A DNA stretch of 64,000 nucleotides, from assembly GCA_037441645.1 (NCBI GenBank), contig JBBIRU010000020.1:13064-77063 (forward strand), read 5' to 3'. The DNA comes from Bacteroidota bacterium. Lineage in GTDB: Bacteria > Bacteroidota > Bacteroidia > Bacteroidales > GWA2-32-17. Position numbers and translations under genes: made by a program. The notes below the pieces were generated by a model that saw only the letters and a list, made by a program, of their open reading frames with translations, made no database searches and was not told the origin of the DNA. Each line of letters opens with the position of its first letter. Positions within the stretch are counted from its first letter, which is position 1. This document shows positions 38,692-49,276 of the stretch, one piece after another.

Positions 38692-40740
38692 TTATTTTAA
38701 TGAAAACTTTGATAATTTCTGTACTTTCTTTTCTGAATTCAATACTTTTAAAAAGTAAATACCTTTAGCAAACCCTGCTGTATTTATTTTTAATTCACCA
38801 GAATTAACGTGTAAAGATTTTACAAGCCGGCCGGCAATATTAGTTATTTCAATAATATAAGCTCCCGGTATTTCGATGTTGATTTTAATAAAATCGCCGG
38901 CTGGATTTGGGTAAATCAATATGTCAACATCGTTATAAGTAATTTCTGAAAATAAAGGTGTAGCTACCGAAAATTCCGAAGTATTTCTATTTAAGTCGGT
39001 TGCCGTTCCTACAATTTTATCTGCCATTGTAAGGCCGGAAATTGTATCTGTAAAATTACCCGAGCCATCAGAATAACAGGAACCAAGAAAAACTTTCCCC
39101 TGGGCATTGCCCGATCCGTTAATTTCAGCCTGAAAAAGTTCAATTCTTATACCTGCAGGTGAATTATAATCAATAGTACCATTTACTATCCAGTCATTTG
39201 TTGAAACAATGTTTGTTGCAGATACAATATCCGGGTAGTTCATTAATTCATTTGGCCCGGTATCAGAATCCCCTGGGTCATTGGGAGTAGGCCCTGCCGG
39301 AAACAGATCGATACCCATTCCGGAATTGTTATAAATTGAATTTGAAGAAAATGTGTTTGAAACTTCGGCAGCAGTCATTACTGTAATACCATTTCCACCG
39401 TTGTTTGCAATAATATTTCCTTTTCCGGGCTGACCAATAATATTATTTTTGGGTCCTTCACCGATTCTGATGCCATCGAGTTGATTTCCCAAAGGAAGTA
39501 AACCTGAAACATCTGTTCCAATTTTATTGTTTATTACAAAGTTACTGTCGCTTCCGGCGATATGAATATCGATGCCCATCTGAAGGTTCCCGGAAATCAC
39601 ATTATTCTCAACTGTATGTAAAAAGGAGGGTCCGTCTATCACTATTCCGTTTGCATTCGGAATGGCGGAAGTTCCCGTATAATCGGTTCCTATCAGGTTC
39701 CCAACGACAGTATCTTTTAATGTTCCGAAATTGTAAAGAAAAACGCCATAACCCGAATTACCCGACAACAGGTTTCCTGCTCCGGGGTCTCTTCCTCCCA
39801 GCATATTAAAACTTGCTCCATCGTCAAAAAGGACACCATATGTGTTCTGAATAGCAAAAGTTCCCGTAGTATCCGTTCCAACATAATTTCCTGCTATAAT
39901 GTTATAATTACAACCGGCGCCAAAAACAGGAATTCCATAAGCAACATTCCCGGCCACATAATTTCGTTCGGCAGGAGAGTAACCGCCAATTAAATTATAT
40001 TTTGAAGTTCCTTCAATACTGATACCGTCGTAGTTTCGTAACGATGAATTTCCGGTTCGGTTAAGCCCTACAAAATTTCCCTGGATAATATTATTATTCG
40101 AGTTTACAACCCGGATTCCAACATGATTATTCCCGGAAACAATATTTCGAAGAACATATGAATTTCCACCTACAACATTGTCGTGCGGCCCGCTTAAAAT
40201 ATATATGCCATGCGTATTTCCGAGTGTATCTGTAGCATTATAATTACAACCTAAATAATTTCCTGCAATAGTATTATTTTGTGCATTAGCTCCCGAAATT
40301 TGTATTCCGACAACAAATCGTCCAATAATAAATCCTTTAATTGTAACATTTGACACATTATACAAGTTAAATGCAAAGTCAGCCCATGCCTGGTTATTCC
40401 CGTCGAGCATTATTTCGGGACCATATGAGTTAGGGTTTCCGGCAAAAACGGTTTGCGACGTAGCGTCAATTACTACACTGCTATGCGTAATAATAGGCAG
40501 AGTTGAAGAAAGAGAAATTGACCATACTCCCTGTGCCGGATTGTAACCCGGATCAGATGCAGGAATATTAAAGTTTATTGTATGACTACCGGGATAGATA
40601 TTGGTATTCTGGATGGCCTGCCGTAAAGAACCCGCTCCCGCATCATTGGTATTCGTTACAAGAAAAATATTTGAAAAAACGGCAGAAGAGCTAAGGATAA
40701 AAAATGCAAAGAATACTATTTTTAAAATTAACAATCTCAT
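38692..40740 (-). CDS. T9SS type A cargo with right-handed beta-helix repeats
   Basis: VTNTNDAGAGSLRQAI; repeated GNYxG and NxISGN; NTSEFS; IYPNP CTD. Confidence 0.88.
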   Translation of the reverse strand: MRLLILKIVFFAFFILSSSAVFSNIFLVTNTNDAGAGSLRQAIQNTNIYPGSHTINFNIPASDPGYNPAQGVWSISLSSTLPIITHSSVVIDATSQTVFAGNPNSYGPEIMLDGNNQAWADFAFNLYNVSNVTIKGFIIGRFVVGIQISGANAQNNTIAGNYLGCNYNATDTLGNTHGIYILSGPHDNVVGGNSYVLRNIVSGNNHVGIRVVNSNNNIIQGNFVGLNRTGNSSLRNYDGISIEGTSKYNLIGGYSPAERNYVAGNVAYGIPVFGAGCNYNIIAGNYVGTDTTGTFAIQNTYGVLFDDGASFNMLGGRDPGAGNLLSGNSGYGVFLYNFGTLKDTVVGNLIGTDYTGTSAIPNANGIVIDGPSFLHTVENNVISGNLQMGIDIHIAGSDSNFVINNKIGTDVSGLLPLGNQLDGIRIGEGPKNNIIGQPGKGNIIANNGGNGITVMTAAEVSNTFSSNSIYNNSGMGIDLFPAGPTPNDPGDSDTGPNELMNYPDIVSATNIVSTNDWIVNGTIDYNSPAGIRIELFQAEINGSGNAQGKVFLGSCYSDGSGNFTDTISGLTMADKIVGTATDLNRNTSEFSVATPLFSEITYNDVDILIYPNPAGDFIKINIEIPGAYIIEITNIAGRLVKSLHVNSGELKINTAGFAKGIYFLKVLNSEKKVQKLSKFSLK

Positions 40741-43709
40741 ATCTTTACCAGTTTAAGTTTTGCAAGAGATTTACCTTCTGAAACAACATTTACTATATAA
40801 AGACCTTCCGGCAGGTTTTTTATTTCCATTATTGTTTTTTCCACACCTGTATTTTCTGCTTTTTGCCGGTTCACTACACGTCCGGTGTAATCAGATATAA
40901 TAATTTCAGAATTTTCAGACAGGCCTGAAATCCAGATAAAGTCTTTTGAAGGATTGGGAAAAACATGTATTTCATTTACGGTTGATTCATTATTTTCTTT
41001 TACAGACGTAACAATGTCCGCGTTCAGTGCAAATTCTGAAGTATTTCCCAACATATCGGTGGCTGTGGCTGTAACCATGTCCGAAGTTGTTAAGCCTGTA
41101 CAATTGAAGGCCCAGTTACCTGTTCCGTCAACTGTTGCTGAACCCAGGTATGCAATGGCATCGCCATGGCTATAGATATTGGCATTATCCGTTTTAAAAA
41201 GTTCAACAATAATTCCGGCAGGGCCACCATTAATTGAGTAATCCATAGTTCCGGACACATATGTTACTCCGCTTCCAATATCATACACAACACTGGTAAT
41301 TACAGGGTAATTCATAAGCCCGTTACAGCCCTGATCAATGTCGCCTGGATCGTTTGCATTTACGCCAAAAGGAAAAAGATCAATTCCCATCAGCGGATTA
41401 TTATAAACCAGGTTTTCAGAAAGGGTATTATAAACCGAATTGGTATCACCGATTATAATTCCGGCAGTATCGTTATAAGCAACAATATTTCCTTTTCCCG
41501 GCCCGCCTATTTTATTGTATTTTGATTTTATATCCATCACTATACCGGCAGCGCCATTACCTAACGGGGAAATTCCATCGGCTGCTGTACCCACCTTATT
41601 ACTGTAAACAGTATTGCTGTCGCTTCTCTCGTAAAGAATAATTCCGATATATAAATTTCCGCTCACAAGATTGTTCTCGATGTTGTTTTTTGATGGAAGT
41701 GTGGCGAGACCTACTCCGTTATAATTGGGAAGGGCCACATTTCCGGCAGCATTCGTTCCGATATAATTTCCAATGATGTTATTGTACATGGTACTTGAAT
41801 CGGCCACTTCTATTCCGTCAAAATAATTACCTGAAATAATATTTCTGTCAGCCGGAGTTGTACCTCCAATAATATTATACTTTGTGCCTCCGCCCAGGAT
41901 AACTCCGATCTGATTAGGCACGGTATCGGTTCCGGCAGCATTTGTCCCGATTTTATTTCCTCTTAATTCATTGTAATATGTTCCGGTTGTAACAATAAAA
42001 ATTCCATAGGCAAGATTTCCGGATAAAACATTGTTCAGAATTGGATTATGATTAGCTCCGCCATCTACACAAATTCCGGTTGTGTTTGGCATTTTGACAT
42101 TACCTGTTTTGTCAACGCCAATATAATTGCCGATGCAGGTATTATAGGGTGAATTGCCATAATATACCAGGCCATAAACCCTGTTGCCGGAAATAATATT
42201 TCCTTCGCCCGGATTATTTCCCCCTGCAATATTGTGTGCTGCATTGGAATTAAAATACAATCCATTTCCCTGGATCAGCGTATCATTAGAAAATTTAAAA
42301 GTTCCAAGCCCTGTTGAATCCGGCCCGATATAATTCCCTTTTACAATATTGCTATCTGCAGCTTCCATACAGATTCCCATTTCATAATTGGCTGAAATTA
42401 TATTTCTTTCACCCGCAACAGTTCCACCCACAATATTTGAATTTGCATTACTGAAAATATAAACACCTGTATGGTTACTTATAGGATTCATTCCGGTTTT
42501 ATCGGTACCTATATAATTTCCTTTCACAATATTATTTCTGGTTCCAAAATAAGCCATGGAAATGCCTGAAAGATGGTTTCCGGAAATAACATTTTTTTCG
42601 TCTGTAGCAGTTCCGCCAATGAGTGTATTACTTGCCCCGCTTAACAGGATTCCATTTCCGTTGGCAATGGAATCGGTACCATCTGCATTCGTTCCGATAT
42701 AATTTCCCTTAATCGTATTTCCTGTTGAGGCAAGGCCAAGAATGGCAATTCCCCCGTCGGTATTTCCCGAAATAATATTTCTTTCTCCGGAAGCGCTTCC
42801 TCCAATTATATTGTTATAAGATTCGTTGATGGCTATTCCGTAATAATTGGCAATGGTATCTGTAAATGATAGTCCATTGGTATTCACACCTATATAATTG
42901 CCTTTAATAATATTATCGTGAGAAATATTAGTATTGATGGCTACTCCGGCATAAGAATTCCCGGAAATTAAATTCCTCTGCGAAGCAAGCGTTCCCCCAA
43001 TTGTGTTGGATGCAGCAGAATCAATGGCAACACCATAATAATTAGGAATCCGAAACATTCCGGTTATATCTGTACCGATTTTATTTCCCTGAACTATATT
43101 GGAATTAGAAGTTCTTAAACCTATTCCTGCAGTTGTATTTCCGGAGATAAGATTGTTTTTAATTGTATTACCGGCAACACCACCGTAGCATGCAACTCCT
43201 ATGTCATTGGGCATGGCAACTGAACCATCGTAATTCACTCCCAGGTAACAATCCGATACAGTACATGAACCACTGGGGTAAGTTAAATATTTTGTAATCA
43301 GGATTCCTAACTGGAAGCCATTTATTATCATTCCCTTAACAGTCCCACCAGAAAGAGGAAAACATAAGCCAAACAAAAGATTTGTAGTGCTTTTTAAACA
43401 GATTTCAGGTCCGTTTGGATTTGTATTTCCCGGCTGGCTTGTGCCGTCAATAGTAACGCTGATACTGGTTATGTAAGGTAATAAAGAAGATAGTGTAATA
43501 GTATAGACACCGGTAGTTGCATTATAATTCGGGTCTGATACCGGAATATTAAATACAATATTATCGGCATCCATGGGATTTGTATTTGCCGAAGTAATTG
43601 CCTGCCGCAAAGAACCGGCCCCGGCATCATTGGTATTCGTTACTGTAAAAGTAGCTGCATATAAGAAACTACATGGCATTAATATGAAAAAAGCTATTAT
43701 TGTTTTCAT
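40737..43709 (-). CDS. T9SS type A cargo with right-handed beta-helix repeats (paralogue of 38692-40740)
   Basis: Same N-terminal motif; many NxIGG...RNIISGN repeats; GNTSEF; VFPNP CTD. Confidence 0.9.
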   Translation of the reverse strand: MKTIIAFFILMPCSFLYAATFTVTNTNDAGAGSLRQAITSANTNPMDADNIVFNIPVSDPNYNATTGVYTITLSSLLPYITSISVTIDGTSQPGNTNPNGPEICLKSTTNLLFGLCFPLSGGTVKGMIINGFQLGILITKYLTYPSGSCTVSDCYLGVNYDGSVAMPNDIGVACYGGVAGNTIKNNLISGNTTAGIGLRTSNSNIVQGNKIGTDITGMFRIPNYYGVAIDSAASNTIGGTLASQRNLISGNSYAGVAINTNISHDNIIKGNYIGVNTNGLSFTDTIANYYGIAINESYNNIIGGSASGERNIISGNTDGGIAILGLASTGNTIKGNYIGTNADGTDSIANGNGILLSGASNTLIGGTATDEKNVISGNHLSGISMAYFGTRNNIVKGNYIGTDKTGMNPISNHTGVYIFSNANSNIVGGTVAGERNIISANYEMGICMEAADSNIVKGNYIGPDSTGLGTFKFSNDTLIQGNGLYFNSNAAHNIAGGNNPGEGNIISGNRVYGLVYYGNSPYNTCIGNYIGVDKTGNVKMPNTTGICVDGGANHNPILNNVLSGNLAYGIFIVTTGTYYNELRGNKIGTNAAGTDTVPNQIGVILGGGTKYNIIGGTTPADRNIISGNYFDGIEVADSSTMYNNIIGNYIGTNAAGNVALPNYNGVGLATLPSKNNIENNLVSGNLYIGIILYERSDSNTVYSNKVGTAADGISPLGNGAAGIVMDIKSKYNKIGGPGKGNIVAYNDTAGIIIGDTNSVYNTLSENLVYNNPLMGIDLFPFGVNANDPGDIDQGCNGLMNYPVITSVVYDIGSGVTYVSGTMDYSINGGPAGIIVELFKTDNANIYSHGDAIAYLGSATVDGTGNWAFNCTGLTTSDMVTATATDMLGNTSEFALNADIVTSVKENNESTVNEIHVFPNPSKDFIWISGLSENSEIIISDYTGRVVNRQKAENTGVEKTIMEIKNLPEGLYIVNVVSEGKSLAKLKLVKI

Positions 43710-43853
43710 AATTTTTAGTTTTGCTCCAAATATATAATTATCTTGTCTAAGAAACTATTTTTTTTCATGTTTTCATTTCTGTAAGTCTCTGTTATTTAAT
43801 GTTCCTGTTTTACTCACTACATTAATATACTTTCAGCTTTGCCCCTTTCGTTT

Positions 43854-45212
43854 TCAAAAAAGAAGTTTGGTAGGTTTGATTATTTTCTTTCCAATATTAT
43901 ATCTCAGAGAGATATACCCATCTACACCAGTATAATTCTGAAATTTGAAAAGCCATCCCAATTTTTCAGTACCAAATGCAATATTATAAGCTCGAATTTC
44001 AAAACCAATTCGAGGCAATCTCCAATCGTACAATGATAAAGGCAAGGATATTTCGAGCCATCGTTTCTCATATCTTGGAGTTACAGCCAATATAGTGGGG
44101 CGACGTATCTGGCCGCCTGTAAAACGGATATTATGGATGAAATTTGCACTTACAAATATGAGGTCATTCACATTGTAATCGAATTGCAGGCTCAATGCAG
44201 TAGGTAAATAGAAATTGAGATGATCTTTAATTTCCAAACCATCAACTTGGTCATCTAAATTCTCTATATCATCCAGTTTATTACCGTCAAGATTAGCTGC
44301 TCCTTCATAAGAATTTATTCTATACGTCTTTCCATTACCATAACGGATTCCTCCTACATCCAATATAGCAGCACCAAATTTAAATTTGTAATAATAATAA
44401 CCGCTATTGTTATTTCTGTTTTCTGAAGAATCACCTAAACAATAGGTGAGTCCCAGATCAGCACCAATACCAAACCCATTAATAAGACCAGAAGGCTTTA
44501 CGCCTCCAAAATCCGAATGCATTTCATTGAACGAAATACTAGTTGTGTCTTCGAAATAATAATCAATTTTTTTATTATTATAGTAATATGCCGTATTACC
44601 TAGAAGCAAATTTCCTGTTATGCCAACTGCAATAAACTTTTGCCCGTCATTTACAACTGTTTTGCTGTAAGTCCCACCCAGTTCTTCCCATGAAGCTATT
44701 GCAAAATGAAATTTATCAGCATGTTTATCGGTATATAATTCCTGTGTGGTATTTCTTCCTTCGAACATTCCTTCATATAAGCACCTTACAACATCATTAG
44801 GGGCATTTTTTGTATCTGATTCGAAACGCCAGCTAAGGTGAAAGCCAAAAGCTTTTTTACCATTAGAATACATTACCGATGGTAAATGCAATTGCTCCTT
44901 TGTATATAAATAATTATGCTTATTATTGGTATTATATCCCTGGTATGCTTTGAAATTGGCAAATCCATTTGTAAAAGGATTCAGTGGGTTATATGTACTG
45001 CTTGGAATAAAATAATAATTATTTTGAAGGTGTCCTCCGAAAGTGAAAATATTTACATCTAGTTTTAGTTTTGAATTGGAAATAGAGCTTGGATTCAGGT
45101 ATGTTCCCATGACACCGGCGTAATTGCTGTTAACAATACCCAGCAGGTTTTGCCCGAATGACAAATTCGCTATTGAAAAAAATAACATAAGAGAAAAATA
45201 GATGTATTTCAT
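43854..45212 (-). CDS. DUF5723-like outer-membrane beta-barrel protein
   Basis: SNYAGVMGTYLNPSSI N-terminus; GIGADLG; LPTALSLQFDY; TPRYE. Confidence 0.8.
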   Translation of the reverse strand: MKYIYFSLMLFFSIANLSFGQNLLGIVNSNYAGVMGTYLNPSSISNSKLKLDVNIFTFGGHLQNNYYFIPSSTYNPLNPFTNGFANFKAYQGYNTNNKHNYLYTKEQLHLPSVMYSNGKKAFGFHLSWRFESDTKNAPNDVVRCLYEGMFEGRNTTQELYTDKHADKFHFAIASWEELGGTYSKTVVNDGQKFIAVGITGNLLLGNTAYYYNNKKIDYYFEDTTSISFNEMHSDFGGVKPSGLINGFGIGADLGLTYCLGDSSENRNNNSGYYYYKFKFGAAILDVGGIRYGNGKTYRINSYEGAANLDGNKLDDIENLDDQVDGLEIKDHLNFYLPTALSLQFDYNVNDLIFVSANFIHNIRFTGGQIRRPTILAVTPRYEKRWLEISLPLSLYDWRLPRIGFEIRAYNIAFGTEKLGWLFKFQNYTGVDGYISLRYNIGKKIIKPTKLLF

Positions 45213-45358
45213 TTTTAAATTAACTTCTTTTGTGTAAAATTAATTCGCTGCGTAAAATAACGGTTAATAAGAGTCTTTTTCTTTTCATCACCGAAGTAAT
45301 AATTTAACTCAAGGGGTTATTTAAGTGGGCTAAACCTTCTTGAGGAATCCTTAATCAA

Positions 45359-46183
45359 CTATGGCATTACAATGTTAGTGGTATATCCGCTACAGGTAGC
45401 TACTGCATTATTATCACAATCACCAGTTCCGTAATCGACAGTAATAGTGGGATTATTCAGAGGAGTGATTTCAATAATGCCGCTTTCTACCCAGGCACAA
45501 TTAACAGCTACTTTCAGGGGAGTGTTTATTATCAAAGTGTAAGTTGTTCCATCGGTCGTGGTGCCACTGGCGGTACCGGTTATCATATAAACATCATCCA
45601 ACGGGTTTAGCAAGGTATTGTCGCCCTGTATCCATTCTCTTTGTTGTACGGAGTTATAAACAGTAACACCATCAACACTATATAAGTTTCCATTTTGAAT
45701 GGTAACATCGAAAACATGATGTCCGCCCCCATTCATACCGTGATTGGTGATTATTTCCGTTCCGGTAATTTTGCGGTTATTTACATAATAATTGTCAAAT
45801 GTTACAGTTGTGACGGAACCGGAATCAATATATGATTTGGTTAAATGAGCCAGGATTTTTCCACTTCTTGCAGCTCCGTCATCACCGGTACAAGAGGTTC
45901 CATAATCTATCACTAAATCCTTAGGATATGTTAAATCAAAAGGTGTGATAGTTACAATCGGACAAGAGTTTATATTCTTTAAATTGTTTTCCTTGCAAGC
46001 TTTATCGACCTGGCGGAATGCATCAGCGAAAGCTGCTTCGCTGGTGGAATTTTCCATAGCCACTTTCGAAACATTTGCAGAAGGATCTTTTGTATTTGTT
46101 TCAGTTTCCTTTTTACAACTTAAGTTTGCCGTCAAAGAAACAATCACGAGGATTAGCGAAAAATTAACAGCTTTTCTTTTCAT
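45359..46183 (-). CDS. Hypothetical lipoprotein
   Basis: Start ATG 46183 (MKRKAV), lipobox NLSC; IDYGTSC...RSGKI, DYGTGDCDN pattern. Confidence 0.82.
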   Translation of the reverse strand: MKRKAVNFSLILVIVSLTANLSCKKETETNTKDPSANVSKVAMENSTSEAAFADAFRQVDKACKENNLKNINSCPIVTITPFDLTYPKDLVIDYGTSCTGDDGAARSGKILAHLTKSYIDSGSVTTVTFDNYYVNNRKITGTEIITNHGMNGGGHHVFDVTIQNGNLYSVDGVTVYNSVQQREWIQGDNTLLNPLDDVYMITGTASGTTTDGTTYTLIINTPLKVAVNCAWVESGIIEITPLNNPTITVDYGTGDCDNNAVATCSGYTTNIVMP

Positions 46184-46257
46184 AGTTTTATATTTTAAAT
46201 TAATAAAGAACAACAATGCAAAGAAAAACGAAAAACTAATACATTTTCAGTCACATA

Positions 46258-46330
46258 CAATATAAGGAGCCTTTGGATTTATGAAATGAAATTTAAAGGG
46301 AATTAAACGAGCCTTTGGCTTTATAAACGG
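46258..46330 (-). promoter_or_regulatory. Phased repeats (likely LytTR boxes) upstream of the lipoprotein
   Basis: GAGCCTTTGG repeated at 46267 and 46309 (42 bp apart); AT-rich ..AA[TC]G units near 46258, 46279, 46300, 46320. Confidence 0.5.
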
Positions 46331-46353
46331 AAAACTTTCAAAGTTACAATACG

Positions 46354-47103
46354 TTACCGTGTATATTTATTAATAAGTTCAACCAATATGGTTTTAACAC
46401 TTCGTGCAACCAGAATTTCACTGCCATCAGCCATTTCAATAAAACCCCCATTTTTTACAGGGTTGTATTTTTTTATGTGCTCAATGTTAATCATGTGTGA
46501 TTTGTGAGTACGGAAAAAACTCTCTCCATCAAGTGAATCTTCGAATGATTTTAAGTTTTTAGTAACTAATCTCATTTTTCCATCTGTTGTAAAAACTTTA
46601 GAATAACTACCATCAGCTTCAACTCTGATGATCTCAGTTATGTTAACATATTCCGAACCATTGGCTGTTGGTAAAGCAAGTTTTCCTGATAATGCAATTT
46701 TTAATTTTTCGATTGGAATAGGTGTTGGTTTTTCGGGTTGCTTTTCTTTTTTGTCGGAAATTTTACGCACAGCATTAATTAATTCCATTATATTCAATGG
46801 CTTTAACAAATAATCTATTGCACTAACCTTAAAGGCTTTTATTGCATATTGATTATAAGCTGTAACAAAGATAACTTCGAATTTCCGATTAACAAATTGC
46901 TCTATAAGTTCTATTCCCGACATGATGGGCATTTCAATATCTACAAAAACCAAATCAGGGTTTTTTAATTGTATTTCTTTAATTCCTTCAAGTGCAGAAT
47001 TGGCCATTCCAACAATTTCAATTTGCGTACAATATTCATTAAGTGCAGCTTCTAATGCTCTTATCGCCTTTTTTTCATCATCAATAATAATTGCTCTTAT
47101 CAT
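46354..47103 (-). CDS. LytTR family response regulator
   Basis: IIDDE, FVDIEMP, FVTAY, DYLLKP receiver; FFRTHKSHMIN LytTR. Confidence 0.95.
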   Translation of the reverse strand: MIRAIIIDDEKKAIRALEAALNEYCTQIEIVGMANSALEGIKEIQLKNPDLVFVDIEMPIMSGIELIEQFVNRKFEVIFVTAYNQYAIKAFKVSAIDYLLKPLNIMELINAVRKISDKKEKQPEKPTPIPIEKLKIALSGKLALPTANGSEYVNITEIIRVEADGSYSKVFTTDGKMRLVTKNLKSFEDSLDGESFFRTHKSHMINIEHIKKYNPVKNGGFIEMADGSEILVARSVKTILVELINKYTR

Positions 47104-49115
47104 ATTTTATCTGTTGTTTTTAAGGGGAGAAAAAATTCTACTCTAGTTCCCATTCCTTCCCCTGCTTTATTTTTCAGATCATAATATTTTAAAGATAAAT
47201 CGATATTATTAAGCGAATTTATAATTTTTAATCTTTCTGCGGTAATTTTTATACCATGAGATTCTCTTTTTCTTTTGTTTTTATTTAACTCTTCTGACCT
47301 TTCCCTTCCAATTCCGTTGTCTTCAATAGAATACACCAAGCAATTTTCGTTAATTTTAAGAGTAATGGTTAATTTTCCTTCTTTCCCGGAAGGCATAATT
47401 CCGTGCCAGATAGCATTTTCAATAAAAGGTTGGGAAATTAGTGGAGGTACTAAAACTTTTTCTGGAAAGATATCTTCATCCACTGTTATATCCCATTTAA
47501 ATTCTCCTTCAAACCGGCTTTGTTCAAGCTCCAAGTATAATTTAAGTGTATCCATTTCATCTTTTAATGAAATTAATTCCTTTTGCGACTGATCCAATAT
47601 TTTTCTCATCAAATCGGCAAACTTTGAAAGGTACATACTAGCTTCCAATTTGTTATTTACCAATATAAAACTCTGTATAGAATTTAATGAGTTAAAAATA
47701 AAATGCGGATTAATTATTTTCCTCAGAGATAACTGCATGTAATGCGATAAATCGTGTTTTAATGCTTCCTGAAGTTTCTGAGTATATTTTAAATTCTTAT
47801 CAATTTCATCACGCTGTTTGGTAAGAATAATGTTGACTTTTTGTTTATTTCGGTAATTAAAGAAAATTATTAATGCAATAACTCCCATCAAAATAAAACC
47901 GAAAATAAATGCATATTTCAGTGTTGTTTGATGTTTTATATCAATTGTTTTGAGGTTTTTGTCTTTTTTTAATAATTTTATTTCCTGTTGTTTTTTTTCC
48001 GTTTGATAGCGGGTTTCCATTTCTGTTATCTGCTTATTTTTTTCTGAATTTAAAATGCTATCTTGAGTAAGGGTATAAAGTTTATAAAATTCAAGTGCCT
48101 TTGCAGGATTTTGAAGTTTCTCAAAAGAAAGGGACAAATTTTGATAGGCAAGCTTCTCTACTTCTAAATCACCTATTTCTTTTGAAATTAAGAGACTCTT
48201 TGTTGCATAATCAACAGCCTCGTTATATTTATCAAGTTTAATATAAAGCTTTGCAATACTCCATAATATCCAGCACATCCCGTTTTTATCACCTAGCTCT
48301 TCAGAGATTTTTAAAGCCTTTTGATTAAATTCCATTGATTTATTGAAATTTCCTAGTATTATATAAGCATTTCCAATATTTGAATAATCGGACGACATGC
48401 CGTTTTTATCTCCGAGTTCCTCGTCAATTTTCAAAGATTTGAAATAAAATTCTATTTCTTTTGAATGATTCTCTTGTGCTCCATAAATTGCACCTATATT
48501 CGAAAAACAAATTGATATGCCATTTTTATTATTGAGTTCTTCATTAATTTTTAATGCCTCTCGATAATATTCCAAAGCCTGAGAATAATTCTTGAGATAC
48601 AAATGGACATTTCCAATATTATTCAGACAAAATGCTATTATATTTTTATCGCTGTTTTTTTCACCTATTACTAATGATTTTTGAAAATATTCCAATGCCA
48701 ACTGATAATTCCCCTGATTGCCGTATAACGTACCCAGGTTAAGATAACAATTTCCTTCTTTTCTTAAATTCCCGATTTCCTTATAAACTTTAAGAGACTT
48801 CTTGTAAAATTCTACTGCTTCCGTATAGTTACCTAACCTTCTTTTATAAAGTCCAACTGCGTTGAAACAATCTGCTATCCACTTTTTATTGTCCAAATGA
48901 TAAGCCAGCGTTAAAGCTTTTTCTGCAAGTTGTAATCCTTTTTGAGGATTATTATCAGTATATTCATTGCTCAATTTTAAGTATGTTTCTATTTTATCTG
49001 TATCCTGTTTTGAAGTGTTTAATACTTTAACCAGTGAGTCAATATTTTTTTGATTCTGACAAAAACAAATAGCAGAAGACACGAGTAAGAATAAAATTAA
49101 AAAGTTTTTTATCAT
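47100..49115 (-). CDS. TPR-containing LytS-type histidine kinase
   Basis: Periplasmic ~40-aa TPR repeats, TM helix, NPHFIFNSLNSI, QPFIENAIWHG, IEDNGIGR. Confidence 0.93.
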   Translation of the reverse strand: MIKNFLILFLLVSSAICFCQNQKNIDSLVKVLNTSKQDTDKIETYLKLSNEYTDNNPQKGLQLAEKALTLAYHLDNKKWIADCFNAVGLYKRRLGNYTEAVEFYKKSLKVYKEIGNLRKEGNCYLNLGTLYGNQGNYQLALEYFQKSLVIGEKNSDKNIIAFCLNNIGNVHLYLKNYSQALEYYREALKINEELNNKNGISICFSNIGAIYGAQENHSKEIEFYFKSLKIDEELGDKNGMSSDYSNIGNAYIILGNFNKSMEFNQKALKISEELGDKNGMCWILWSIAKLYIKLDKYNEAVDYATKSLLISKEIGDLEVEKLAYQNLSLSFEKLQNPAKALEFYKLYTLTQDSILNSEKNKQITEMETRYQTEKKQQEIKLLKKDKNLKTIDIKHQTTLKYAFIFGFILMGVIALIIFFNYRNKQKVNIILTKQRDEIDKNLKYTQKLQEALKHDLSHYMQLSLRKIINPHFIFNSLNSIQSFILVNNKLEASMYLSKFADLMRKILDQSQKELISLKDEMDTLKLYLELEQSRFEGEFKWDITVDEDIFPEKVLVPPLISQPFIENAIWHGIMPSGKEGKLTITLKINENCLVYSIEDNGIGRERSEELNKNKRKRESHGIKITAERLKIINSLNNIDLSLKYYDLKNKAGEGMGTRVEFFLPLKTTDKI

Positions 49116-49276
49116 CGCTTTAAAATTATTCCAAAGTAAAACAATTAATTATATGTAAGCTATCCTTATAGAAAGTTATAATCATGGTATAATAGTAATC
49201 TGAAAAGAATAATATTGTTGTTTTATGATTTATACCAAATACATAATAATTTTAACAACTACAATGTACAAATAAG

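Noticed and set aside
45285..45340. Possible LytTR boxes upstream of the DUF5723-like gene
   Set aside because: Units too degenerate and spacing irregular.
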